DNA of 32,000 bases, from NCBI RefSeq assembly GCF_000253055.1, contig NC_016070.1, positions 750,001-782,000 of the forward strand, given 5' to 3'. Source of the stretch: Thermoproteus tenax Kra 1. Its GTDB lineage: Archaea > Thermoproteota > Thermoprotei > Thermoproteales > Thermoproteaceae. A program made the position numbers and the translations under genes. The notes below the pieces were generated by a model. That model ran no database searches. It worked only from the letters and a program-made list of their open reading frames with translations, and was not told the DNA's origin. Shown piece by piece: positions 17,612 through 26,676 of this stretch; the stretch's first letter is position 1, and every line of letters begins with the position of its first letter.

Positions 17612-18799
17612 TCAAGCCAGCTCTATGGCTATGGCGGTCCCGCCTCCAGTGCCGTGGCAGAGCGCCGCTATGCCGCGCTTGGCTCCCTTAACCTTTAATA
17701 CAGATATTAGAGTGGTGATCACACGCGCTCCTGAGGCGCCCAAGGGATGGCCCAACGCGATTGCGCCTCCGAAGGGATTGAGCTTCTCATAGGACACCTG
17801 CAACACTCTGTGGAAGAGCACGTTGTTGACCGCAAAGGCCTCGTTGTTCTCAAAGTAGTCGAAATATGTTATATCTACGCCCAATTTCTTCAAAAGCTTC
17901 TGTACGGCGTAGATCGGCGCCTCTACGAACCTCCAAGGCTCCACCATATGCCAAGAATAGCCCAAGATCTTCGCCACAGGCCTTAGGCCGAGCTCCCTCG
18001 CTCTCTCTGCCGAGGCTAAGACTAACACAGCCGCGCCGTCTGAGAGTTGGCTCGAGTTTCCGGCCGTAAGCACTCCGTCTGGCCTGAAGGCGGGCTTGAG
18101 CTTGGCTAACTTCTCAAGGCTTGTATCAGGCCTTATCCCCTCGTCTCTATCAAGCCTGACGGGCACCCCGCCTAGGTTCTCCTCTATAGGCTCCATGTCC
18201 AAGAACCACTTATTTTCAGTGGCCCTCCAAGCCCTCATGTGGCTCTCGTACGCCACTTGGTCCAACTCCTGGCGAGTTATACCCCACTCTCTGGCGAGCA
18301 AGTCGGTCTCCTCGCCCATGAGCATGTTGTTTGTGGGGTCGGTGAGACCATCGTAGACCATCAAATCGACCAGCGCTTGTTGGCGGCCTATCAAATGCTT
18401 CACGCCCCAACGGGAATCGTAGGGGATCGCGAGAGGGGCTGTGGACATAGACTCAGCACCTCCAGCGATAACTATGTCGGCATCGCCTACGGCGATTTCT
18501 CTGTACGCCTCGATCACGGCCTGCATGCCCGATGAACACACTCTGTTCACCGTATAGGCGCTTGTAGTGACAGGCAGGCCCGCATAGAGCGCCGCTTGCC
18601 TCGCAAGGCTCTGCCCTTGACCGCCTTGAAGAGTAGAGCCTATTACCACTTCATCGACAAGCTTACCGTCAAGGCCGACCCTCTCCAACGACTTGCGTAT
18701 CGCAAAAGCGGCAAGATGGGCCGTCTTGACGTCGCGGAGGGCGCCTCCGAACTTGCCTATGGGAGTCCTCGCATACCCCACTATCCAGACCTCGCGCAT
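17612..18799 (-). CDS. Acetyl-CoA C-acyltransferase (thiolase)
   Basis: 'VNRVCSSGMQAV' catalytic Cys, 'NGGAIALGHPLGASGAR', 'GIAALCHGTGGGTAIA' motifs. Start moved from 18817 to ATG at 18799 (MREVWIVGYARTPIGKFGG), consistent with TATA at ~18815-18825. Confidence 0.96.
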   Translation of the reverse strand: MREVWIVGYARTPIGKFGGALRDVKTAHLAAFAIRKSLERVGLDGKLVDEVVIGSTLQGGQGQSLARQAALYAGLPVTTSAYTVNRVCSSGMQAVIEAYREIAVGDADIVIAGGAESMSTAPLAIPYDSRWGVKHLIGRQQALVDLMVYDGLTDPTNNMLMGEETDLLAREWGITRQELDQVAYESHMRAWRATENKWFLDMEPIEENLGGVPVRLDRDEGIRPDTSLEKLAKLKPAFRPDGVLTAGNSSQLSDGAAVLVLASAERARELGLRPVAKILGYSWHMVEPWRFVEAPIYAVQKLLKKLGVDITYFDYFENNEAFAVNNVLFHRVLQVSYEKLNPFGGAIALGHPLGASGARVITTLISVLKVKGAKRGIAALCHGTGGGTAIAIELA

Positions 18800-18985
18800 G
18801 CGGCAACCCTGCAACATATTTAAAACCTTATCTTAAAACTATGGCTAACATCTCATGAATACTCTAGTCGATATAGATAAATATATTTATATTTATTAAT
18901 ATGTATCAAACACATACTATAAACATACAATTGTGCTCGAACACTTTACAACGCAAAATTTATTTTATAGTCCCTCAATACTTTA

Positions 18986-20404
18986 GTGCAGGCCGTTGAA
19001 ATAGTCGTAGTCGGCTTCATTCTGGCATTCTTCGTAGCCCTCACTTTCTATATGTTCAATTCCATGGCCCCAAGGGCTCAGACAGCTCAAGCGGAGTTGA
19101 ACGTATTGGCTCAACAGATCCTCCAGAGAATAACGTCGTACTCGGCCTACAACCTCTCCAACGACATAGGAATAGCCGACCCGAACGCGCCGGGGTATCT
19201 AAGCGACTACGCTGTAGACTACTTGGCTATGGCGACAGCTCAGCTCTCGGGCTACCCAGCCTGTAACGTCTGGAACCCCAGCAGCACAGTGGCCCAGTAC
19301 GTGGGAGACACAGTATACATGGCCGGCTACGGCTATGTGATCCCGGGCTTGGTCAACGGAAACCTCAACCTCACGGCTATTGCGATCAACTTCTTCGGGC
19401 GCGAGTATGGGAGGTATGACGTGGAGATACAGATAAAGCCTCTGGTCAGGCTCGGCGTCTGTCCCTACGTCGTTATGCAGAACTACGGCGTCACGTTCGA
19501 GAACGCCTTAAGCCCTGTCTGTGCGCAGTTCTATTCTATTATGGGCGCCGGCCTTAAAAACGGCACGGTTTACTTGGTCGCGCGCGGCGCTGGGGCATAC
19601 CCCCAGGGCCAGGTGGCGTACACCGTCTACTACTGTACTACGTCTACTTGCTATCAGCCCTACACAGGGACGGCCACTCTAACGCCGCTGGTCCAGTCCG
19701 GCGGATATTACTATAGCTACGCCGTAGCGGCCCTCCCGCCCTATGTAAGTTTCTCTCAAATCGCCAGTCTAAGTGCGGCGCTCGTCGTCTATGCCCAAAA
19801 GGTGACCTACCCATACAGTGCCGGGTTCTATGTCTTCAACGCTACCTCGGTCTCCCTAATATATGGAGCTCCGTTCCCCGGCTCCGCGTCCACGACGCTC
19901 TACCTCATCCATGACGCCGACTACGTGATCCCCGGCTCCAATCTGCCGTGCGATGGAAGGCTGAGCTCGGCCTCGGGAAGACAGTCTTTGGGCATAAGGT
20001 ACTTGAGCTTGTATACAGGCCAAGGCTTTGTGATCTACGGCTCCAACATAGAGCTCGACCCCGGCACAGGCAACTCCCCCGTTAAGGTGCAACCCTGTAG
20101 CCAATGCACTACCTCGGCCCACTGTACGGCGTGTTGGGCGAGCCTGCCCACCGACACGTTGTTGGCGATCGCCTACGTCACTCCCAGCTCTAGCTCGGGC
20201 AAAATACCGAGCGCTGCCCTCGTCCCCATACCCCTCTTTCCGGCGCCTCCAGCCACCGACGTTGACGTCAAGACGTGGCTCAGATGGGGCTTTACTAAAA
20301 CGCCGAGCACCTATGCCTCATCGGCTTGGGGGGTCTTCAACTCGCTGACGACGACATATCTAGTCAATGTAACCGTCTACGAATATCCCTCGCCGCTCCC
20401 ATGA
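18986..20404 (+). CDS. Pilin-like / exported surface protein with N-terminal hydrophobic helix
   Basis: 472 aa, GTG start; 'MQAVEIVVVGFILAFFVALTFYMFNSMAPRAQTAQAELNVLAQQILQRI' resembles a type IV pilin alpha-helix (Glu at position 5); C-terminal CxxC-rich patch 'VQPCSQCTTSAHCTACW'. Confidence 0.72.
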   Translation: MQAVEIVVVGFILAFFVALTFYMFNSMAPRAQTAQAELNVLAQQILQRITSYSAYNLSNDIGIADPNAPGYLSDYAVDYLAMATAQLSGYPACNVWNPSSTVAQYVGDTVYMAGYGYVIPGLVNGNLNLTAIAINFFGREYGRYDVEIQIKPLVRLGVCPYVVMQNYGVTFENALSPVCAQFYSIMGAGLKNGTVYLVARGAGAYPQGQVAYTVYYCTTSTCYQPYTGTATLTPLVQSGGYYYSYAVAALPPYVSFSQIASLSAALVVYAQKVTYPYSAGFYVFNATSVSLIYGAPFPGSASTTLYLIHDADYVIPGSNLPCDGRLSSASGRQSLGIRYLSLYTGQGFVIYGSNIELDPGTGNSPVKVQPCSQCTTSAHCTACWASLPTDTLLAIAYVTPSSSSGKIPSAALVPIPLFPAPPATDVDVKTWLRWGFTKTPSTYASSAWGVFNSLTTTYLVNVTVYEYPSPLP

Positions 20405-20844
20405 GGTGGATGATCGAGCTGTTGCTCGCCGTTATGTTGGTGGCCTTGGCGGTGTACGCGCTTACTATGATGCCCAAGAGCCCGGTCTCTACAACGATGG
20501 GCAGACAGAACGTGGAGACCGCCTACAATACTTTGCTCCAGCTGTCCCTCAACCCCTCCTTTTTGAGCTCGTTGGAGGGCAGCATATGCTCTCAGAACCC
20601 TCAAGCTGTCAAGGCAATGTTGGACTCAGCAATACCTCAGCCCTACATCTACAACTTCACGGTCTATCTCGCGGGGAGCTCCCCGCCGCCATGCCTCATA
20701 TGCGCCACATGGAATAGCAAGCTCCTATCGGTGGCCAGGCCGACGGGCTGGGCCGGCTCCACGGCGACATCCTCTGCCACAATAGCCGCAGTATTGCCCG
20801 ACGGAACTCAAGTGAAGCTCGTGCTCTATATAGGCAAGCCGTAA
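20401..20844 (+). CDS. Small membrane-anchored exported protein
   Basis: Start re-assigned to ATG 20401 (ATGA overlap with upstream stop); 147 aa MRWMIELLLAVMLVALAVYALTMMPKSPVS... Confidence 0.72.
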   Translation: MRWMIELLLAVMLVALAVYALTMMPKSPVSTTMGRQNVETAYNTLLQLSLNPSFLSSLEGSICSQNPQAVKAMLDSAIPQPYIYNFTVYLAGSSPPPCLICATWNSKLLSVARPTGWAGSTATSSATIAAVLPDGTQVKLVLYIGKP

Positions 20845-20879
20845 CGTAAAATATATATTTTTAGAGAAAGGCTCATGAA

Positions 20880-23800
20880 GTGAAGTTTAAGGGTCAGTGG
20901 ATAATACTCACAGCGCTCGCGGTCGTTATTGCAGTGGCCGCCATATATATGGCCTACGTCTCGTCAACTATAGTGCCGGTGGCCTCCATACAGAGGCCGG
21001 CGTATGGCATCATGAGCCAAGACTGGCCCGAGTTAGTTCAGCTCTTGGCAGGGTACGCGCAGTTCCTCGCGCAGAGCGGGGCCTCTAAGGCGTCTATAGG
21101 CGCTCTGGACGCCGGCCTCTACAACAACCTAGTGCTAGCTCATCCGGCGGACGCCTATTTTCAGCTCCGGGTAGCCCAGAGCTTTCTCGGCGCCGCTCTC
21201 TCCTCGGTCGAGCAGAGCTTGCTCCCGCTGGGCACCTTCATTACGGCCAACTTCACGATAGACCAGAGGGGCTTCGGAGGCACCCTTGGCCCATATCCAG
21301 CTGCTCTGAGGCTGAGCGACGCCTATAACTTTACCTATTGGATAAACAGCGGAGCTATGCAAGTCCTCTACGCCTACCGGCTCTATAGATTTGTAGTAAG
21401 CACGCAAGTGCCCGTGCAGACCGACTACGTTATAATATACTCAGCCGACGTCAGAAGGCCGACCTCGGTCGGAGAGTCCTACAGCGTGCCTGTCGAGGAT
21501 ATATTGAACTTGGCCAAGAGCGGGGGCGGATACGATGTGAGTCTGCTTAAGGACAGGATGTACCTCATCCTGGTCAACAACACAGCCTTGGAGCAAGCGC
21601 TCCAGTACCTCGCCAGTCCCGGCTGTACGCCGAGCGGGTTCAGGGTAAGGCTATCGAAGGCCTTCGTACAAATCCCGTGGTGGTCGGAGTATATAAGGTG
21701 CCCCTTCTGTCTGTTCGACTTCAAAATGCCCGCTGGGACTTTAACGGCGCCTGGATACTCAGACGAGGTCATGGTGGTGCTCTTCAGCCAGCCCACCCGG
21801 AGGATACAGTTGGCGTTAAACATACCGCTTATGTTGTACCTCTCCGGCATAAATCCCGCCGGCGTATCGCCTAGTTGTTACTCCGTTTTGAACAACCAAT
21901 ACTCGTTAACTCTAAGGGTAGACCCAACGCTGAACAACAACCCATATGCCGTGTATAATATAGGCGGAGCGGAGTACTTCTATAACGCAGCGGCCATGAG
22001 CGGTTGGCCCAGCTCCATAGTCTATAGTACGTGTCATCAGGTTGGGCCTGAAAACCAGCCGACTCCGATTGAGCAACTGGTCCCAACCTCAGTATACGGA
22101 AACGCCACCACCGGCTTGTTGTTGGGCGCGGTATATCCGCCTGACACATACGATGTTGGATATCAGATATGGACCAGCATGAGCGTGCCCCAGAGCTGGC
22201 CGGGCTTTCAAGTGAGGACTCTCATCAATGTGACTAGCATCGGCTCAGAGAAGATGGGCTATCTCGCGTTGTTCTGGGGAGGCTATGATGGAAGCACTTT
22301 CCCGTGGTGTGCAGACATGATAGCTGTACAGCCCGAGAGCTATCCGCCGACTTTTGTGTGGTCTTATCAGCCCCAAGGGTATTTAACGGGCCCGTGGCAG
22401 ACGTATTCTTGGCAATACGGCGGATCGTACGTACCTCTAAGCTCTAACAGATGGTACGTCCTCTCTATATCGGAGGCGTTACAGGGCAGTAACGTCGGCC
22501 AAGCATATTTGGCCGTCTACAAATTCCTATCAAACTCCTCTGGACCCATGACGCCCTATGTAGGACAGTGGGTCAACTTGGGCACTGCCCTGTATTCTTT
22601 CAATGTTGTGTTGGGCACAGACACTGAGGACTTCCCCCAGTCCGGGGCAACGCCTTGGACCGACGCAGCTATATACGACTTCTTGGCAGTTAGGCCTTGG
22701 GTATATCCGGAGCCTTCGGCCGTCTTGACTACCTTGGGCGCAGCACCGGTGCTTAGTCCGCCGAGACCTACAGTCATAGCTTGGGGCAGATACTCTCTGG
22801 CGAACGCCTCTGTGACGATGCTCGGCAATATCTCCCTGGCCTTGGTGACGGACCTCAATATAACCCAGAGGATAGTGGTGAACGCCTCGACGCGATATGT
22901 CGTGGCCCAGTACTACAGCCCGTTCTATGTTAAATACATCTACGGCGTTTTAGTCAAGTCCAACGTGCCCCGAAGCACGCTAGCGTCCTCTTTCACCCTC
23001 GTCTACAACTACGGCGGAGTCCTCTACAACTACACGTGCGGCGCATCGCCTATGTGCAACCAGACTCTCGTCACATACTATGGGTACTTCAACGGGGTAG
23101 ACAAGGCGTTGTTCAACGTGTCAGTGTTGGTCCCCCGCCACTCCAACTTCGCCGTAGTGCTCAACCTCCTCGGGGCGCAGATCGCTGTGAACAACCTCAC
23201 TGTGGTGCACCCGCAGGTGTACTATCTCTGGAGCGGCAACTCGCTCTACCTGGTCAACGTGGGCAATATGGACGCAGTCTTCTACTTCCCCTGGCAGTCG
23301 GGAGCGCCCGTAGTGGCCTCGATCTTCCCCAACGACGGCGTCTTCGGCGCAGCTATGGATATAGCGGGCAACGGCGGGAGTTGGACGCTTGTCATAGTGC
23401 CGGCTCAAAGCGCAGTTAACGTGACGTTTGCCCCCACATATGTCTCCCAGATACGTCAAGGCTTTCCAAGCGCATATTCGCCGCAGTGGGAGTTGCCCTA
23501 TATATCGGCGATGTCATTTCCCTCCACAAACTGCCGCATCTTACAAGTGTATTTCCCGTCAGAGTACACGGGCGATCACCTCGTACTAGTTCTTCCGCCC
23601 ATTGTACTGGCAAATTTAGGTTTCTCCAACTACCGGAGACTTGCCTTCTACATCTTCTCAAAGGGCTCTTGGGTATCTGTCCCATATGCCATGGCCTATT
23701 GGAACGACGTGTGGCTCCGCATAAATCAATACAGAGGTTGGTTTGCGTATAGAGGCTCTCTTATATCAGTATGTACCGGCGGATCTCCGACATCTATGTA

Positions 23801-24437
23801 TAATATTCTGGATATGTATATACCTAAAACAAGCGGTTCCTACGCCTTCAATCCGCCTATAGGCCTTTCGGCATATCCCAACGGGTTTGCTATAATTATA
23901 AATTTAACTGGAAGTATAATAAATTATGGAAGTCCTGAACAGTATCTTAATTATATTTATTTAGCTAATACTACGAATCCAAGTTATACTTGTATAGAAG
24001 GAACTTACGCCGGCCGGCTCTTGGAGATATGGAACGGGTTCGCTAGCGGTACTCCAGGTTGGACGGATTGGTGGAACCAGTACGCAAGCGTCTGCGGAGA
24101 TCAAAGCGTGTGGACCACGTACGGCTCAGGCGTTGAGACCTATTTCATAATAGCGCTCACGCCTCAATTTGCCAACTTCCACATTGCTACGGAATCTGGA
24201 AACATGCTCAATCCCTACAATATGTGGTGGTACAACGGGTGGCCCAACACGGCGTACAACCCCGCCCTATTTCAGACGACGCCGACATGTAGCGATCCTC
24301 AACAGTGCAACGGCCCTCTGTGGTCCTTCAATTACCTGGTGGTCAGTCCCACGTTGAGCTACGGAATTGATGTAATACCGTATATGTGGCCTCTGCCGTA
24401 CGTGTTATTAGACGGCAATATCTATCAGACGATATGA
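20880..24437 (+). CDS. Giant (1185 aa) exported surface protein
   Basis: N-terminal TM 'GQWIILTALAVVIAVAAIYMAYV' and long Tyr/Trp/Asn/Ser-rich extracellular region. A segment around 'WVNLGTALYSFNVVLGTDTEDF...YDFLAVRPWVYPEPS' resembles jelly-roll/DUF2341-associated domains of archaeal surface proteins (from memory). Confidence 0.8.
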   Translation: MKFKGQWIILTALAVVIAVAAIYMAYVSSTIVPVASIQRPAYGIMSQDWPELVQLLAGYAQFLAQSGASKASIGALDAGLYNNLVLAHPADAYFQLRVAQSFLGAALSSVEQSLLPLGTFITANFTIDQRGFGGTLGPYPAALRLSDAYNFTYWINSGAMQVLYAYRLYRFVVSTQVPVQTDYVIIYSADVRRPTSVGESYSVPVEDILNLAKSGGGYDVSLLKDRMYLILVNNTALEQALQYLASPGCTPSGFRVRLSKAFVQIPWWSEYIRCPFCLFDFKMPAGTLTAPGYSDEVMVVLFSQPTRRIQLALNIPLMLYLSGINPAGVSPSCYSVLNNQYSLTLRVDPTLNNNPYAVYNIGGAEYFYNAAAMSGWPSSIVYSTCHQVGPENQPTPIEQLVPTSVYGNATTGLLLGAVYPPDTYDVGYQIWTSMSVPQSWPGFQVRTLINVTSIGSEKMGYLALFWGGYDGSTFPWCADMIAVQPESYPPTFVWSYQPQGYLTGPWQTYSWQYGGSYVPLSSNRWYVLSISEALQGSNVGQAYLAVYKFLSNSSGPMTPYVGQWVNLGTALYSFNVVLGTDTEDFPQSGATPWTDAAIYDFLAVRPWVYPEPSAVLTTLGAAPVLSPPRPTVIAWGRYSLANASVTMLGNISLALVTDLNITQRIVVNASTRYVVAQYYSPFYVKYIYGVLVKSNVPRSTLASSFTLVYNYGGVLYNYTCGASPMCNQTLVTYYGYFNGVDKALFNVSVLVPRHSNFAVVLNLLGAQIAVNNLTVVHPQVYYLWSGNSLYLVNVGNMDAVFYFPWQSGAPVVASIFPNDGVFGAAMDIAGNGGSWTLVIVPAQSAVNVTFAPTYVSQIRQGFPSAYSPQWELPYISAMSFPSTNCRILQVYFPSEYTGDHLVLVLPPIVLANLGFSNYRRLAFYIFSKGSWVSVPYAMAYWNDVWLRINQYRGWFAYRGSLISVCTGGSPTSMYNILDMYIPKTSGSYAFNPPIGLSAYPNGFAIIINLTGSIINYGSPEQYLNYIYLANTTNPSYTCIEGTYAGRLLEIWNGFASGTPGWTDWWNQYASVCGDQSVWTTYGSGVETYFIIALTPQFANFHIATESGNMLNPYNMWWYNGWPNTAYNPALFQTTPTCSDPQQCNGPLWSFNYLVVSPTLSYGIDVIPYMWPLPYVLLDGNIYQTI

Positions 24438-25132
24438 GAGGTCTCGAGGCTCTGGAGGTGGCTATCTTGCTCTCAATATCGCTGGCTATAATTTTCGCCG
24501 CAGTGCCCTACATAATTCAGAACATATTCCAACTGGAGGCAGGGCTTGAGGCCAAGAACGTGATAGCCTTTTTGACCTCTCTGGCGGACTCGTTGGAGTC
24601 AGACTTCGGCATGACCGGCGTCCAGAGGATGTATCAGCTGCCCAGCGCGTACTTTGGGACGTTCTACGTGAGGACGCCGCGCCTCTACGTCTCCATAAGC
24701 TGTGCGTCTCTGTCTGGAACCACGTCAACGACCTTCGTCTTCAGAGAGGCCGTTGTAGGCTATAACTCAAGCTACGCCGAGTTCGGAAACGCCATGTTGA
24801 GGGGTCTCACAGGCTCTCTGCTCGCCCCCATTGGGGAACCGGTCATCGCAGTGAACTCGACTTTCCCAAGCGCTGTGCGTCTCTATACTAGAGTCGTTTA
24901 CGTCAACGGCACATCATCTCTATATCTTTACACAATATCTGCATCCTTCATCCAGCAGGGAACAGGCGGGGCGCTGGCCTACGTGGTCGGACCTCTAAAC
25001 TCCACCTCGCTCACATGCGGCGGCACCGCCGCTGTGACAGTGTCGAGCAGATTGGGCTCTGCCACGGCCACCTTCAACAACGTCCAGACGGTGTACTTGG
25101 TCTGGAACAATGTCACACTAGTCTGGAAATGA
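24434..25132 (+). CDS. Type IV prepilin-like protein (class III signal peptide)
   Basis: Start re-assigned to ATG 24434 (ATGA overlap with upstream stop). 'MRG^LEALEVAILLSISLAIIFAAVPYIIQ': short basic leader ending Gly, Glu at mature +5, hydrophobic helix. Confidence 0.8.
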   Translation: MRGLEALEVAILLSISLAIIFAAVPYIIQNIFQLEAGLEAKNVIAFLTSLADSLESDFGMTGVQRMYQLPSAYFGTFYVRTPRLYVSISCASLSGTTSTTFVFREAVVGYNSSYAEFGNAMLRGLTGSLLAPIGEPVIAVNSTFPSAVRLYTRVVYVNGTSSLYLYTISASFIQQGTGGALAYVVGPLNSTSLTCGGTAAVTVSSRLGSATATFNNVQTVYLVWNNVTLVWK

Positions 25133-25710
25133 GGGGCATATCAGCTCTCGAGGCCGCAATCCTTTTCGGCTTCCTCGCCCTAGTCTATATAGTTGCGGCC
25201 TATCTGGTCTGGCTGATATCCTACAACTACTTTAGGGATGAGGCATCTGTGACGGCCTCACTCATGGTGAAATATGTGGCGTCCCAAGTGGCGGATTTAA
25301 TGGCGTCCTCTCTAACGCCGGGTGTCAGCTCCATAAGCTACAAGCTATTTCTGCCCACCCAATTCCCCAATTTCGACGCCTATTCCTACTCGATAGCGCT
25401 TATTAACAACGCCACTTCGCCGGGGGCAGTCGCCCTTTACGTCTTAGCCAACTTCTCGGCATATAGGGGCTCCTTCTCGGCGTATGAGTACAACGTGGGG
25501 GCGTTTGCCTATGCGCTCAACGCCACTTTCGCTGGAGTCCAAATCTATGTCACCAACTTCGATAGAGCCATCGGCGGCTCCGCCTGTTTAGTGCCATCGC
25601 CGGTAGTTCCAGGAGCGTATGCGGTCAATTTAACTAAACCTGGTTGTGGAGCCCTCTGGTACGCGCCCACGCCGGCTAACTACAAGCTTCTTACTGTCGT
25701 CAGAGGCTAG
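25129..25710 (+). CDS. Type IV prepilin-like protein (class III signal peptide)
   Basis: Start re-assigned to ATG 25129 (ATGA overlap). 'MRG^ISALEAAILFGFLALVYIVAAYLVWLISY': same leader and E5 arrangement as the preceding gene. Confidence 0.8.
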   Translation: MRGISALEAAILFGFLALVYIVAAYLVWLISYNYFRDEASVTASLMVKYVASQVADLMASSLTPGVSSISYKLFLPTQFPNFDAYSYSIALINNATSPGAVALYVLANFSAYRGSFSAYEYNVGAFAYALNATFAGVQIYVTNFDRAIGGSACLVPSPVVPGAYAVNLTKPGCGALWYAPTPANYKLLTVVRG

Positions 25711-25712
25711 CC

Positions 25713-26330
25713 GTGTGGTTGACGGATCCTCTAGAATGGCAGTATATATATACTCTGGCTAAATCCCTTCTCCCGGGTCTTTCGTTTCACAGAGACGAGG
25801 AGGCGGCGGAGCTGGCATCGAGGCTGGGAGGCCTTCCCATTGGCAAGCTGAGGGAATTCGATTGGACTAGGCCCGTCATCTATATGCCGCCCTTCAAGCG
25901 TATAGCCGAGGGCACAGTTGTAGTGGCAGTCGAAGGGCGCACGGCCAAAAAGTTGGCCGGGCTGGGCGTCAGACCTCACGTGGTCGTGACTGATCTAGAC
26001 TTTGAGCCAGACTACATAGACATAGGCCTTATCGCCGTTGTGCACGCTCACGGCGATAATATAGATAGGCTGGCTGAATATGCGCGCGGACTCCGCATAT
26101 ACACAGTCCAAACGCCGCCGAGGCCCAACACTTATAACGTGGGCGGTTTCACCGACGGAGATAGAGCGATATATCTAGCGATAGCCATGGGCGCCCGGGA
26201 GATAATAGTCAGCGGCTTCTACCCCGAGGAGCCCATTAAGCGGAACGACGAGGTCAAAAGGAGGAAGTTGGCGCTGGCTAAGGCGTTGATCAAGCGCCTA
26301 TCCTCACGGGCGTTGCTCAACATGATTTAA
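25713..26330 (+). CDS. mptE: 6-hydroxymethylpterin pyrophosphokinase-like (MptE, DUF115) protein
   Basis: 205 aa; 'GVRPHVVVTDLDFEPDYIDIGLIAVVHAHGDNIDRL' and 'GFTDGDRAIYLAIAMGAREIIVSG' typical of archaeal MptE. Confidence 0.85.
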   Translation: MWLTDPLEWQYIYTLAKSLLPGLSFHRDEEAAELASRLGGLPIGKLREFDWTRPVIYMPPFKRIAEGTVVVAVEGRTAKKLAGLGVRPHVVVTDLDFEPDYIDIGLIAVVHAHGDNIDRLAEYARGLRIYTVQTPPRPNTYNVGGFTDGDRAIYLAIAMGAREIIVSGFYPEEPIKRNDEVKRRKLALAKALIKRLSSRALLNMI

Positions 26331-26591
26331 TAGCATCGTCAACGATCTCTCCAGTTGCTCTAGCCGTCTCTCGTCATCTTCAAACCTTAGATACTCTTCA
26401 AGCGGCATCTTTAAATCCATCATGTCCTCGCCAGCTATATAGACACATAGAACGTTTTTACATACTGTTAGAGTGTATATGGTCCGGTAGGGGTACAGCT
26501 CGGTATAATACCAGAGGTAGCCGCCCATACCTCTCAGAGTCTCAACGACCCGAGGGTCTCTCCCAACCTTGGCGATGTCAAGTTTGTCCAC
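26304..26591 (-). CDS. Hypothetical protein (convergent 3' overlap with mptE)
   Basis: 95-aa ORF, protein-like composition, only minus-strand gene in the pilus-like locus. Confidence 0.6.
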   Translation of the reverse strand: MDKLDIAKVGRDPRVVETLRGMGGYLWYYTELYPYRTIYTLTVCKNVLCVYIAGEDMMDLKMPLEEYLRFEDDERRLEQLERSLTMLLNHVEQRP

Positions 26592-26676
26592 GCCTCCCTC
26601 TTGATTTATACATTTATATGTTCCTCGGAGGCGCTGCTCTGACGCAAAAAATATATTCTACATATAGAGACCGCTT

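Noticed and set aside
21135-23752. Numerous 60-150-aa ORFs on both strands within the 1185-aa gene
   Set aside because: Out-of-frame or antisense translations of a long coherent ORF in GC-rich DNA.
24386-24433. Extended N-terminus of the 24434 prepilin-like ORF
   Set aside because: The 16 extra residues overlap the giant protein's coding region and would bury the pilin leader; start at 24434 gives a canonical MRG leader and an ATGA overlap.
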